Shown here: in pieces, positions 8,801 to 17,576 of the stretch
Numbering within the stretch: position 1 is the stretch's first letter
Layout of the letters: each line of letters begins with the position of its first letter
Assembly (NCBI GenBank): GCA_037441385.1
Contig: JBBISH010000020.1
Span: forward strand, 98-64,097
Source: Myxococcales bacterium
GTDB taxonomy: Bacteria > Myxococcota_A > UBA9042
Length of the DNA stretch: 64,000 nt
Reading direction: 5' to 3'
The notes under the pieces: generated by a model
What the model was told of the DNA's origin: nothing
Database searches by the model: none
Seen by the model: only the letters and a program-made list of their open reading frames with translations
Made by a program: the position numbers and the translations under genes

Positions 8801-10866
8801 CCATCGCTGACGGTGAGGCCAAACACATGGTCACCCGCCGATCGCAGCACGGTCCAGGTGTTCATGGCCACCGGGTCCGCGATCGCGACGGGTGACGGCG
8901 ACGCCTGCACGGACCACGCGTAGGTCAAGGGATCCAGGTTTGGATCGCTAGAGGCGCTGCCGATCAGCCACACCTTGGTCGGCTCGCTCTTGGCGATCAG
9001 CTGCGCGACCGGCTTGGGCACATTGTCTTGCATGTCCAACGGATTCAGCCCCTTGCTGACCTCGACGCCGTCGCTGACGCCATCGCCGTCGGTGTCGGCA
9101 ACCTTGGCCAGCGTGCCCTTTTGGTATTCGCCCAGGTTGGACAAGCCGTCGCCGTCCAAATCGGTGAACGCATCGGACGGATCCTTGGGGTTCAGGCCGT
9201 TGGCGACCTCCCACGTGTCGGGCATTCCGTCGCAGTCGCTGTCGCCCGCACAGACCAAGGTCGTCGCGCCGGGCAGGGTGAATACCTCGATGCGACCGTT
9301 TTCGGCGCTGGTGACCAGCAGGCGGCCAAAGCTGTCCAACACTGCGCCCGCTGGCAGGTTCAGTTGGCCGGCTCCCTGGCCCCAACTGCCCATGCTGCCC
9401 TGATAGGTGCCATCGGCCAAGAAGACCGACACCGAGCTTTGGTAGCTGTCGACTACGAAAATCCGGCCGTCCTTGGCCAGTGCCACACCTGCGGGGCGCG
9501 TCAGGTTGCCGGGCTTGGCGCCAAAGCTGCCGATCGTGGCGACCTGGGTCCCGGCTTTGTCGTACACGCGGACCAGACCAAGGGCGGAATCCGCCACATA
9601 GATCGCCGTCTGCCCGTTCGCAACGGCCACTCCGGTCGGGGCACCGCCGCTCGCGGTCAACGGCGCCAGCTCCGTCCCAAGCGCATCAAAGCGCCGCACC
9701 ACGGCGGCCTTTGCGTCGGCCACCAGCACCGTGCCGGACTGCGGGTCGACCGCGATGTCTTGGGGTGCCAAGAACGTGCCGGCCTCGCCAAGCAAGCCCT
9801 TCGAGGTGCCGGCGGCGCCCAGCACCAGCACCCGCCCATGCTCGGTGTCGCCCACGTACAAGTCGCCGCTGATGGCCACCGCCACGGAAGTGGGGATACC
9901 GTCGATGCTCCAAGTGCTGAGCAGCGCGCCACCGCCGCCCACATGGACCAGGGTGCGCGCGCGCGGATCGGTGACCCACAAGCCGCCCGTACCATCGGCA
10001 GCGATGCGGGTCGGGTGCGTGCCGCTGGCACCGCTGGCCAGGAAGCCCGCTGCCTTGGACAACACGACTTGGACCTGTGCCGTCGCCGTGCTGCTCAGGC
10101 CATCGCTATCGGTGGCCGTGGCCGTCAGCACCGCGGTGCCGGCCGTGTTTGGCGCGGTCCACAAGGCCTTGCCGCTCGCATCGGGCTGGGTGACCACGCC
10201 GACGCTGGCGGCGAGCACGATCTGGACCGTCTTGCCCTGGGGACTGGTGGCGGACACGCTCACAGCTACGGATTCGTTGGGAAAGACTGCGGCAGCAGCG
10301 GGCGCGACTGTCACGACCGGCGGCGCGCCGCTCGCGACCGCGACGTCCAAGCTGGCTGGATCCCCCGCCGTGGGCTTGCCCATCAGACCGCCGTTGTCCC
10401 AGGCCGTGCAGGTCAAGGTGACCGTGCCGCCGCTGCTCGGCGCCGTCCAATTGGCCGAGACACTGGCCGAGGCCTGTGGTGGCGCTACGGGCACGTCGAT
10501 CGTTGTGAGTCCGTTGGCAAATTGCCCGGAGGTGGCGGTCAGCACGAACTTGGTGACGGTCCCGTCTGGGTCGGTGCCACTGCAGGCCACGGCCACGGTC
10601 GCGCTGGCCGGCACAGGCGTTGTCGCCACCGAAAGTGCAGAGACCGTGGGGCACTTGTTGCCCATTCCGCAATTGGCGGCCCACGCCGGCTTGGGCAGGA
10701 TCGCGGCCAGCAAGGTAAAGGCCAGGAGTGCGGCCTTGAGCCGGGCGAACTGCAGGGGCGGCGTCCAGCCAGCAGAACCGGCGACGGCGGCGCGTCCAGA
10801 CAGGGAAGCTCGCGGGGGCAAGACGAAACGGCGGGCGGTTGCGTGGGGGGGGGCTAGATGCACCAT
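2818..10866 (-). CDS. Giant surface protein: Ig/PKD domains, NHL beta-propeller, thrombospondin type-3-like Ca repeats, PKD array, acidic linker, internal MYXO-CTERM plus second signal peptide, then a 19-heme c-type cytochrome
   Basis: ATG at 10866 has a GGAG RBS (track start 10998 overlaps a likely -35 box). Signal peptide ending PAWA; NHL repeats (LTRPAGVAL, LNLPAGAVLD); DxDxDG repeats; 19 CXXCH counted, all after position 7170 in reading direction. Confidence 0.9.
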   Translation of the reverse strand: MVHLAPPHATARRFVLPPRASLSGRAAVAGSAGWTPPLQFARLKAALLAFTLLAAILPKPAWAANCGMGNKCPTVSALSVATTPVPASATVAVACSGTDPDGTVTKFVLTATSGQFANGLTTIDVPVAPPQASASVSANWTAPSSGGTVTLTCTAWDNGGLMGKPTAGDPASLDVAVASGAPPVVTVAPAAAAVFPNESVAVSVSATSPQGKTVQIVLAASVGVVTQPDASGKALWTAPNTAGTAVLTATATDSDGLSSTATAQVQVVLSKAAGFLASGASGTHPTRIAADGTGGLWVTDPRARTLVHVGGGGALLSTWSIDGIPTSVAVAISGDLYVGDTEHGRVLVLGAAGTSKGLLGEAGTFLAPQDIAVDPQSGTVLVADAKAAVVRRFDALGTELAPLTASGGAPTGVAVANGQTAIYVADSALGLVRVYDKAGTQVATIGSFGAKPGNLTRPAGVALAKDGRIFVVDSYQSSVSVFLADGTYQGSMGSWGQGAGQLNLPAGAVLDSFGRLLVTSAENGRIEVFTLPGATTLVCAGDSDCDGMPDTWEVANGLNPKDPSDAFTDLDGDGLSNLGEYQKGTLAKVADTDGDGVSDGVEVSKGLNPLDMQDNVPKPVAQLIAKSEPTKVWLIGSASSDPNLDPLTYAWSVQASPSPVAIADPVAMNTWTVLRSAGDHVFGLTVSDGKISQGPTSATVAVQNVAPTADAGPELSAAVGAAVTLDARFSRDANGSPLAYTWKQTSGASAALTAGETASPSFVPSQAGVYTFELVANDGSQPSAPVQTSVVVGDVGNTVPVAAIVAPEVGQVGQSVLLDGGTSRDLEVANLTYSWKQVAGAPVALAAAGPKAVTFTPVQAGRYEFQLVVNDGTWDSPAARATILVDSDTSGPARAVLTPHLAANTAETVALDGSASYVPDGSQPTCTWKQIEGVHVPMAENADCKTSFVPIDPGTYVFELQTASALGAGASARATITVDDPLGNAVPLAKVADLDSTIAAGETTQFDGTPSWDPDGKSVNYTWTQISGPRLTLSDPHAAVLSVTPPLAGLYMFELRVDDGELRSAPLQVGMYATGTSGSDAGNADAVAGDTSDADSAGDSEAPDADASGSDASTAEIGGDAQAPADSQATSDAQTGNDSATGQDSEAADVGLDSQADALQTDADSKSTPKPGVSAAPPSDSGCSAQTRGSAGMPALLILAILAVVLLRRRLPAWLLPAVAVTLVLPPLARASDPPHNAANLVNVCEDCHVGHNTLGANLTSNASNQNLCLNCHSLKGLNWSSSDQAVPGVSGTSHRWDSALNNAAFGASAPTDPTVAKHLGTGGTTLLCSGCHDQHSQTKTPADPFAPAAAGSQGRHFLRMDTVSGQLCVACHTVRNVQDATTYTGNKLSHPVSVVIPTSPLFAATPVDTDGTAQMDAKSGTATAGTTTSLTNTAGAFTGLAGKWVRFTSGANKNTTRLIATATATQITWAAALPSAIAVGVTYRIDNDGNTTNNLVLDNAGSASYTTGKVACLTCHAVHYADSNSATHDGAPGGAGDGNLLRRTNDDTACTGCHKVKLHNSSTTSTQYGTWGATFTCRTCHDTHDSKNIYLLRESITTPNSGVKAVDFRSLTGKADFSFAGVTTPGNGVCEVCHTMTKNSDGSARFRNSGGSDGGQHYAGNCVGCHSHADGFKPGESGGNTDCVSCHPYGIDVAATSRTTTYHHVVETGANLTGGITTYTTSATPTLATTDKDKACVQCHADHNVFRPDLNTSNTLGRGANLRSRIASGPPAGNPPANSAPGDTTPGFYTNREYDAAFASKGLCLNCHVNVQNKSSADQLADGTTVTPAINAANYAASRHTFTVAGQFTNGNSAFTVDCVKCHNDGSTTAQQNGTNRFALHASADRSLRAPLGQTAPHDAAEEDFCFRCHHKTTDTTPGGGPAKTTTLKDYYNVATMSSAAESVYGQFQYGRTTTTVSSTNQLYFKPLAAEAAAEPMPAAQSTDAVVSTVSSNTLYLRSATDGPAPSGTMPTAFQLASGTYAGTTTLQQRSMMPTAGTTQETITQTTNTSSRYYHLAQFLSPPIATAATIAAGASLTLNVRVQESSANMNLFARYALYRWTAANALGTTLEPVAQYATEAPTTAGNWAIAFTTNTAATFAVGDKLFLEVEYYTNAPTAGGTASFFFGNATSNASLVLPAALSFTTTTGGPIGGTWVARSMSAGTTAVANETQSATAETVPTGTSKWRRVTFVSPAVSATTAVAAGNWTITVNAYNSSANAKARVRYRLATWKSTDVEGTIVKDWTSDTQTWGTTSPGTPLTITFAGGAATLTSGDALILDMEIETNTVATGGSYVLGYVFGATAAGNLLMPTTLSFSKTTSAAGYSHGVYTYNGRHRANTTDENLAYIAANKHVECEDCHNPHAATAGIHALKTNAVSGTLTGVSGAVATWATTTNWSTASSYALGTATKEYEICFKCHSGANTNLATWNANWTDVARDFSPKNRSIHPVTVALNDASRTNALTAKALTAAAMTAAWSSVGTQTMYCSDCHGEGVTTPAAQGPHGSAVAFLLKGTNTLWPANATGTLYTIGSNTGVFCRNCHTMTNSNNTVHNTGNHSSVACIRCHVLVPHGSGMSRLIGDSDSANMPARMAYQGNKANMWIAAFTKGTTPTSGYSTSNCAATATSGCSGDHPAGAQTENW

Positions 10867-10970
10867 GGCGTACTCCAAGGGGTTCTTAGCCCCGTGGGAT
10901 TCGCCTGCTGGTGGTGTCACCCCCGGCTGGCGCCGGCACCATGCGCAGACTGGCCTGACGGCCGAACTTG

Positions 10971-10998
10971 ATCTTAAGAAGTGTGCATGGCCCGTCAA
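10971..10998 (-). promoter_or_regulatory. Candidate sigma70-type promoter for the giant cytochrome/ccs operon
   Basis: Minus strand TTGACG-N16-TAAGAT about 105 bp upstream of the ATG at 10866. Confidence 0.45.
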
Positions 10999-11222
10999 GC
11001 ACGAACCGTCGCACCGCGGTCCAACCTGTCACCGCAGTGTCGCCACGCTTCCGCAACTCGCGCCCCGCTTGTCGCCCGAGGCCGCAGGGCCTAACCTTCT
11101 GCCCAAGAGTCGCCCGGCACGCTGGGCGCCGCGTCTCGTCCCAAGGCCCTTGCCGTGATCGCACCTGCTCCACAAACCCTTCGCAGCTTCCCAGAAGTCG
11201 GCCGCGTCACCCAGAGGTCGGC

Positions 11223-12098
11223 ATGATCTGGGGTGCAAACGCCACCGCGCCAACCGGGAGTACTCCGTCCACGCCGCCGCACGGGTCGCCGTGGCTGGCC
11301 CGTACGCTGTGGGTGGCCGCGTCGGTGGCCTTGGCGCTGGCCCTGCGCACCTGGGTGATTGGCTCGGCGGTGGTGGTTTCCGAGTCCATGCGCCCCACGC
11401 TGGAAGTGGGCGACCACCTTTGGCTCGATCGAACGGCCTATGGCTTGTCTTGGCCCTGGAGCAGCGCGCATCTGCGTGAACTGCCGCGGCGTGGCGATGT
11501 GGTGGTGTTTCGCTACCCGTTCGACGACGGGTCAATGTACGTGGGCCGCCGCCTGATCAAGCGCGTAGTGGGGCTGCCCGGCGATCGCCTGCGCCTGCGC
11601 GACAACCGCTGGGAGCTCGGCGGCACGCCGACCGAACGCCGCGTGATCATTCCCCGCGAGCCCTGTGACGACGAGGGCGGGGCGATCTGCGAGCGCGCCG
11701 TCGAGGTTTTGGACGGACAGGCCTACACCACTTGGCGCCAAGTGCCGAGCGTGCCTGGGGAACGCCATAGCGACGACGGCTCGCTGGTCAATGCCAGCGC
11801 CTGGCCGCCCGGCATCTTCAACCCAACCCACGTCAAGCCCGCGGCGCGCGTCTACAGCCCGCCGCAGAACCGCGACTACCCCGAATTCGTCGTGCCGTCA
11901 GGCGTGGTGCTGTTGGTCGGCGACAACCGCGACGGCTCGCAGGACGGGCGCCACTTTGGTCTGGTCGAGCTGGACGCCATCGAGGGCCGGGCGCGCTGGG
12001 TGTGGGCGTCGCGGGTGCCGGGTGAGTGGCTGCCGCGCTGGGACCGAATTGGCCGCGCCACCGCCGAGCCAGCGGGTGCCGCGGATCGCCAGCCGTGA
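11223..12098 (+). CDS. lepB: Signal peptidase I (S26)
   Basis: Catalytic boxes SESMRPTLEVGD, LIKRVVGLPGD and GDNRDGSQDGR; single N-terminal TM; ATG 11223 preceded by AGAGG. Confidence 0.93.
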   Translation: MIWGANATAPTGSTPSTPPHGSPWLARTLWVAASVALALALRTWVIGSAVVVSESMRPTLEVGDHLWLDRTAYGLSWPWSSAHLRELPRRGDVVVFRYPFDDGSMYVGRRLIKRVVGLPGDRLRLRDNRWELGGTPTERRVIIPREPCDDEGGAICERAVEVLDGQAYTTWRQVPSVPGERHSDDGSLVNASAWPPGIFNPTHVKPAARVYSPPQNRDYPEFVVPSGVVLLVGDNRDGSQDGRHFGLVELDAIEGRARWVWASRVPGEWLPRWDRIGRATAEPAGAADRQP

Positions 12099-12121
12099 TC
12101 AAGGCCGGGCCGCCGCCGCCG

Positions 12122-13843
12122 CTATTCGATGAGCCCGAACTTCTTGAGCCGGTAGCGCAACAAGTCCCGGCTGACGCCCAGCAGCTTGGCGGCGCGCACT
12201 TGATTGCCCTCGCTGTATTCCATGGCGCGCTCTAGGGCCACGCGCTCCAGGTCGGCCAACGCCATCGATCCATCCAGGCGGAACACCACTTGCAGGGCAT
12301 CCTCGCCCGTCGCGGTCGCGTCTAGGTCATTGGGCATCGGCATGGGGCCGGGGGTCGGGTAGGTGGGCTGCGCCACCGTACCTCGGGCGGGCGGCTGGCC
12401 ATGACCTTCTGGAACGCCTGGGTGAAGGGCGGCAAAGGGGGCCAGGTGCGCGGTCGGCGTCGGGCTGACCGGCAACGCCACGGATTCGCCCGTGGCGGCG
12501 TGCTGGTGGGCCAACGACTGCAATTCGGGCGGCAGATGCAGGGGTTCGATGAAGTTCGACTCGCCGCACAGCGTGACGGCCGCCTCGATGGCGTATTTCA
12601 ACTCGCGGATATTGCCCGGCCACCAGTAGGTATTCAGAATTCGCCGCGCCGCCAAGGACAGGCCGTTGACGTGGGCACCCATCTCGCGGGTGTACGCCTT
12701 CAGCACATGGTCGGAGATCAGATCGATATCGGTCGGCCGCTCGCGCAGCGGCGGCAGACGCACCGCCAGCACCTTGAGTCGGTAGAACAGATCCTCGCGG
12801 AAGCGGCCTGCGGCGACCAACTCGGCCAGGTTCATGTGGCTGGCCGCCACGATGCGCACATCAGACTCCGCCTCGGTGTTCGAGCCCAGGCGGCGGTAGG
12901 TGTGCGTCTCGATGAAACGCAGCAGCTTGGCCTGCATGCCCAGCGGCATGTCGCCGATCTCGTCCAAAAACAGCGTGCCGCGGTTGGCACTTTCGATGAG
13001 GCCGACACGGGTCGAGCGGGCGTCGGTAAAGGCGCCGCGCTCGTGGCCCATCAGTTCACTTTCCAGCAGCGTCTCGGGCACGGATGCGCAGTTGATCTCG
13101 ACAAATGGACCGCCCGCACGGGCGCTCATCTGATGAAGTGCGCGCGCCGCCAAGCTTTTGCCGGTCCCGGTCTCGCCCGAGATGAGCACGGTCGAGCGCG
13201 GCGTGCGGGCAAAGCGCTGCAGGCTGTCCAGCACATTGAGCATGTGCGGATCCTGGCTGAGGATCCCGTGCTGACCCAGTTCGGCGTAGATAGTAGCGGG
13301 CTTGGGACTGGCGATGCGCGTGACGTTCAACCGCAGCAGCGCCTCGTGCAGGTCGTCGGCCGCGCACGGCTTGGTCAAGAAGTCGGCGGCCCCCAGTTTG
13401 GTGGCCTCGACGATGGTGGCCGGCTCGCCGATGGCGCTGACGACAATGACCGCTGGCCCGCCCGACGCGGGCAATTCGGCCAACAGGTCCAGGCCGCGGC
13501 CGTCGGGCAGGCGGATATCCAGCAAGATGACGTCGGGGTGGTGCTCTGCAATCGCCGCCCGTGCCTCGGCAAGCGAGGCCGCGCTGATGGCGTGGTAGCC
13601 CCAGCGGGTCAGGTCGCGGCAGGCGGCCCACGAAACCAGATGCTCGTCTTCGACGACGAGAACCACTGGTTGTCCAAGTTGTTTTGGTCGTTGCATGATT
13701 CCTGACCATGCTCCGCCTTGGCGGTTCGGCAGAACCAAGGGTGGCAGTGCCGAACTTGCGGCGTGGAGACTGGCACCCCGAGTGGCCGAGTTCCCCGAAG
13801 GGAGCGGCGATGTTTCTGGCTGATTGGAATACATAGCAGACAA
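12122..13843 (-). CDS. Sigma54-dependent response regulator (REC-AAA+-HTH, NtrC/AtoC family); true start may be further downstream
   Basis: Receiver (LVVEDE, LLDIRLPD, FLTKP), Walker A GETGTGKS, GAFTDA loop, LFLDEIG, WPGNIREL, C-terminal Fis-type HTH. Confidence 0.93.
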   Translation of the reverse strand: MSAMYSNQPETSPLPSGNSATRGASLHAASSALPPLVLPNRQGGAWSGIMQRPKQLGQPVVLVVEDEHLVSWAACRDLTRWGYHAISAASLAEARAAIAEHHPDVILLDIRLPDGRGLDLLAELPASGGPAVIVVSAIGEPATIVEATKLGAADFLTKPCAADDLHEALLRLNVTRIASPKPATIYAELGQHGILSQDPHMLNVLDSLQRFARTPRSTVLISGETGTGKSLAARALHQMSARAGGPFVEINCASVPETLLESELMGHERGAFTDARSTRVGLIESANRGTLFLDEIGDMPLGMQAKLLRFIETHTYRRLGSNTEAESDVRIVAASHMNLAELVAAGRFREDLFYRLKVLAVRLPPLRERPTDIDLISDHVLKAYTREMGAHVNGLSLAARRILNTYWWPGNIRELKYAIEAAVTLCGESNFIEPLHLPPELQSLAHQHAATGESVALPVSPTPTAHLAPFAALHPGVPEGHGQPPARGTVAQPTYPTPGPMPMPNDLDATATGEDALQVVFRLDGSMALADLERVALERAMEYSEGNQVRAAKLLGVSRDLLRYRLKKFGLIE

Positions 13844-14379
13844 CGGTGCAGCGAGAGTTTGTCGAATGGCCGCAGGAGAGGAAAGGCCGGGCCGCGGCTC
13901 CGCGCGGCGGGTTCACGTTTCTTCATATCAGGTTCACCAGAACGTCGCAAACAGCCTTTGCGTGGGCGAGACACGGCTGTGACCAACGCCGGGTGCGGCC
14001 GCCTGGTTGTCAAAATGACGCCACGTTGAGTGTGACAAGGCGATCACACTCAGGGAAGAATCTGAACAGTTCTCGGGCTATCCCGAGCGTTGTGCGGCTG
14101 TGCCACCGGTTGAGCGACCCGGTCCAGGGCGGCCGCAGGGGCCCGCAAAGCAAGTTGCATTTTGTTTGCAGTTCAACATGTTGAACCCGGTCGACGGACC
14201 CCCGGCGCACGCGCAAACTGCCGCAATCGCTGGCACTGTTTGGCGGCGCGCGGCGCGGCCGACAGCTTGACCGCGCAGGGCGGCGCCCAGAGACTGACCC
14301 CGCTGTCCCCGCCCATCGGCGGACAGTTCACGCTCCGGCGTCCGTCCCAGGCCGCCGCGACTGTCCCACGGAGGAGAAC

Positions 14380-15135
14380 ATGCCGATCAAGGTGGCCGCA
14401 CGCGCGCGCTGGCACAGGCACTGTTACCCGCAATGGCCGTGTGGCCTGCCCGGTCACCGGAACTGGCATTTGCTCAAGATTGCAGCGATCTTCCTGCTGG
14501 TGGCGAGTCAGTCGGCCTGCGGGGCCGCGCCGGTCGAGCGCAAGGGCGCCAGCACGCCAGAAGCCGCCGAGCGCGAGAGCTTGGCGTCGCGCCAAGAAGA
14601 GATCGTGCAAGACGGCGTCATCGAAAAGCTGGATCTCAATGGCGATCGCGTGCCGGATGTGGTGAAGCGCTACAAGCTGGTCGACGACCCGGCCGGCGAC
14701 GGCAAAGGCGGAGTCGTCAAGATCAAGGTGCTGGTGCGCAAAGACATCGACGTCAATTTCGATCGCAAGGCCGACATCGTAGAGGTCTACACCATCAGCG
14801 GCCTGCAGTCCGTCAAGGAGCGCGAAGAATTCGATCTAGACTTTGACGGGCGGGTCGACGAGATCCGCAAGTACAAGGGCGGCTATCCCGAAGAGATCGC
14901 CCAGGATCAAGACCGCGACGGCAAGATCGACACCTGGATGCAATACCAGCTGACCAAGAACGAAGACGGCAAGGACGTCAATCGGTTGATCGAGCGGCGG
15001 CGCGACCACAACGCCGATGGCCTGGTCGACGTGTGGGAGTACTACGTCAAGGGTGTGCTCCAGAAGATCGGTCGCGACGGCAACGGCGACGGCAAACCCG
15101 ACCAATTCACCCGGGTGGACGAGAAGCAGCGCTAG
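14380..15135 (+). CDS. Putative lipoprotein with repeated DxDxDG calcium-binding-like motifs
   Basis: GGAG RBS; lipobox-like QSAC; motifs DLNGDRVPD, DVNFDRKAD, DLDFDGRVD, DQDRDGKID, DHNADGLVD, DGNGDGKPD. Confidence 0.75.
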   Translation: MPIKVAARARWHRHCYPQWPCGLPGHRNWHLLKIAAIFLLVASQSACGAAPVERKGASTPEAAERESLASRQEEIVQDGVIEKLDLNGDRVPDVVKRYKLVDDPAGDGKGGVVKIKVLVRKDIDVNFDRKADIVEVYTISGLQSVKEREEFDLDFDGRVDEIRKYKGGYPEEIAQDQDRDGKIDTWMQYQLTKNEDGKDVNRLIERRRDHNADGLVDVWEYYVKGVLQKIGRDGNGDGKPDQFTRVDEKQR

Positions 15136-15170
15136 CCGGTCTGGCGCAGCCCTTCTGGTCCGGAGGCAAC

Positions 15171-16724
15171 ATGGCTCTGCGAATCTACGGAACACCGACC
15201 TGCCATGTCGAGCCCTTGGGCCGGCCCGTGCGCGTCATGCTCATCACGCCGCCCTACCACTCGGGCGTGGTGGAATCAGCGGGCGTTTGGATGCCCGTGG
15301 CCTTTGTCTACATCGCCGGCATGGTCCGCGCGCATGGCCACGAGGTCCGTATCTACGACGCCATGTCGTACTACCACGACTACGACCGGATCGAGGCGGA
15401 GATCCGCGATTTTGCACCTGATGTCATTGGTTTGACGGCGATCACCGCGTCGTCGCTCGCCTGCTTGAAGGTGTGCGCCATCGCCAAGCAAGTCAACCCG
15501 CAGATTCGCACCGTGATGGGCAACGCGCACTCGACGTTCTTGTGGCGCGAAATTCTTACAGAACACCCCGAGTGCGACTTTGTGGTGCGCGGCGAGGGCG
15601 AATTCACCATGGCCGAGCTGGCCGACACCCTGCGCGACGGCGGCGATTTGGCCACCATCTTGGGGCTGTCGCTGCGCATCGATGGGCAGCCTTGGGCCGC
15701 CAGCAAGCGGGCTCTGAATGCGGAGTTGGATAGTCTGCCGATGGCGTGGGACCTGATCGACTGGCCCATCTACACCTACCGGCCCCGGCCGGGCTCGCGG
15801 CTCGCGGTGGTGAGCTCGTCGCGCGGTTGTGAGGAAGCCTGCAGCTTCTGCTCGCAACAGCTGTACTGGGGGCGGACGTGGCGCGGGCACAGCCCCAAGC
15901 ACTTTGTAGACGAGCTGCAGATGCTCAAAGAGCGTTTTGGCGTCAGCATCGTCATGCTGGCCGACGAGACGCCCACCATGGACCCCGACCGCTGGCACGC
16001 GCTGCTGGACGAGCTGATCGCCCGCGATTTGAACATGGAACTGCTGATGGAGACGCGCGTGGACCACATCCTGCGCGACGAAGACCAGCTGCACCGCTAC
16101 AAGCAGGCCGGGATCAGCCACATCTACGTGGGGGTCGAGGCCACCGACCAAGTCACGCTGGACGTATTTACCAAGAATATTGGCGTGGAGCAGTCGCGGC
16201 AGGCCATCGCTGCGATCAACCGCCACGGCATGGTGTCTGAGACGTCGTTTGTCCTGGGCATGCCCGACGAGACGCCCGAGCACATGGCGGCCACGGTGGC
16301 GCTGGCCAAGCACTACGCGCCGGACCTTGCGTTCTTCTTGGCCATCACGCCATGGCCCTATGCGCAGTTGTACCCCAAATTGAAAGACCATTTGGTCGGG
16401 TTGGATTTCTCGCACTACAACTTGGTCGAGCCCGTCATCAAGCCCGACGCGATGACCTTGGAAGAAGTCACCAAGGGCCTGAATCAAGCGGCCCACCAGT
16501 TCTATGCCGACAAACTGCGTCGGCTGCACGAACTGCCGGTCGAGAAGCGGGCCTTCTTGGTCAAGGTCATGAAGATCTTGAGCAATCACTCGTACCTTGC
16601 CGATCACATGCAGGGGATCCACGCCGAAATGCCGGCCCATGTGCAACAGGCAATGGCCGCCATCGAAGCCGACATCGAAGCCGACATCGAAGCCAACAAC
16701 GCGGCGGATCAGGCGCGCCACTAG
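15171..16724 (+). CDS. Cobalamin-binding radical SAM enzyme (BchE-like / class B methyltransferase family)
   Basis: GGAGG RBS before ATG 15171; N-terminal B12-binding domain (PDVIGLTAIT, VVRGEGE); SSRGCEEACSFC = CX3CX2C. Confidence 0.9.
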   Translation: MALRIYGTPTCHVEPLGRPVRVMLITPPYHSGVVESAGVWMPVAFVYIAGMVRAHGHEVRIYDAMSYYHDYDRIEAEIRDFAPDVIGLTAITASSLACLKVCAIAKQVNPQIRTVMGNAHSTFLWREILTEHPECDFVVRGEGEFTMAELADTLRDGGDLATILGLSLRIDGQPWAASKRALNAELDSLPMAWDLIDWPIYTYRPRPGSRLAVVSSSRGCEEACSFCSQQLYWGRTWRGHSPKHFVDELQMLKERFGVSIVMLADETPTMDPDRWHALLDELIARDLNMELLMETRVDHILRDEDQLHRYKQAGISHIYVGVEATDQVTLDVFTKNIGVEQSRQAIAAINRHGMVSETSFVLGMPDETPEHMAATVALAKHYAPDLAFFLAITPWPYAQLYPKLKDHLVGLDFSHYNLVEPVIKPDAMTLEEVTKGLNQAAHQFYADKLRRLHELPVEKRAFLVKVMKILSNHSYLADHMQGIHAEMPAHVQQAMAAIEADIEADIEANNAADQARH

Positions 16725-16945
16725 AACACCCGTTTGGAATCTCTGAGGTTTGGAGCAACGCAACCACTCGCTGACGAAAACTCGTTGATGCTCAGTGGGT
16801 CGCAAGCGGGGGCCCCACAGCCCGGCATTGGCGCGACCCGCCGCGCCGTTTACCCGCAGGTCCGGGTTGCTGATCGGTGCCCCAGAGAGCGCATCGACCT
16901 CGGGGCCAACGGCACCCAAGCACCCGCAACAAGAGAGGAAATAGG

Positions 16946-17449
16946 ATGCGACGAGCAACGATCGCCGTACTGATAGGCAGCATGGTCCTGATCTCGTCCT
17001 GCAGCGTGGTCAAAAAGACGATGGACTGCCGGGCTTTGTCGCGGGCGGTCAATCCGCACATGCGCGCTCTGCGGGCCACGTCGCACAGCTTGGGTTCCAA
17101 TAGCTCCCCTGCGCAAGTGGGCCAGGCGTATGCACAAATGGCGAACGACGTGACAGCGAGCGCTGCCGCGGTGGCCGCCCTGGAACTTGGCACACCCGAG
17201 CTGGCCGACCTGGCCCAGCGCTACCAGTCGATGTGTGCGGACTCGGCCAAGGCCTTTCGCGGCATGACCAAAGCAGCCGAGGCGTTGACCGCGGCGCAAC
17301 AAGCGGCCAGCCAGCACGCCGACGACGCCAAGGCGGCCCTGGAGCAGGCGAGCGCGCAAATTGGCGCCGCCACGGCGGAGGTTCAGCGCGCCAGCGAACC
17401 GGAAACGTCTATCCTGCAACAAATCAACGCACTATGCGGTACGGACTAG
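16946..17449 (+). CDS. Hypothetical alpha-helical lipoprotein
   Basis: GAGGA RBS; signal peptide with lipobox ISSC; Ala-rich coiled-coil body. Confidence 0.7.
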   Translation: MRRATIAVLIGSMVLISSCSVVKKTMDCRALSRAVNPHMRALRATSHSLGSNSSPAQVGQAYAQMANDVTASAAAVAALELGTPELADLAQRYQSMCADSAKAFRGMTKAAEALTAAQQAASQHADDAKAALEQASAQIGAATAEVQRASEPETSILQQINALCGTD

Positions 17450-17499
17450 GCTACCACGTTGGCCAAACGGCATGCGATCGCCGCGCCTGCGCCAGACCG

Positions 17500-17572
17500 G
17501 TGCCGGCTCTGTCCGCATCGGCTCGAAAACTCGGGCAATTCTACAGGCGTCGATCCGGCGGGGGGCGTAGGA
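17500..17572 (+). repeat. Short (internally deleted) copy of dispersed ~140-bp repeat family A
   Basis: GTCCGCATCGGCTCGAAAACTCGGGCAATTCT matches the left arm of the copies at 43127, 46874 and 61457. Confidence 0.7.
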
Positions 17573-17576
17573 TGGG

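Noticed and set aside
10867-11222. Cyclic-dinucleotide (GEMM) riboswitch upstream of cytochrome genes, as in Geobacter
   Set aside because: No GEMM-like consensus seen by eye here or upstream of 19806; an Infernal search would be needed to exclude it.
14231-14247. Sigma54 promoter TGGCACTGTTTGGCG upstream of 14380
   Set aside because: GG to GC spacing is not the required 10 nt.
16661-16696. 12-bp tandem repeat (IEAD x3) at the end of the radical SAM gene
   Set aside because: Short in-frame slippage in a non-conserved tail; no evident function.
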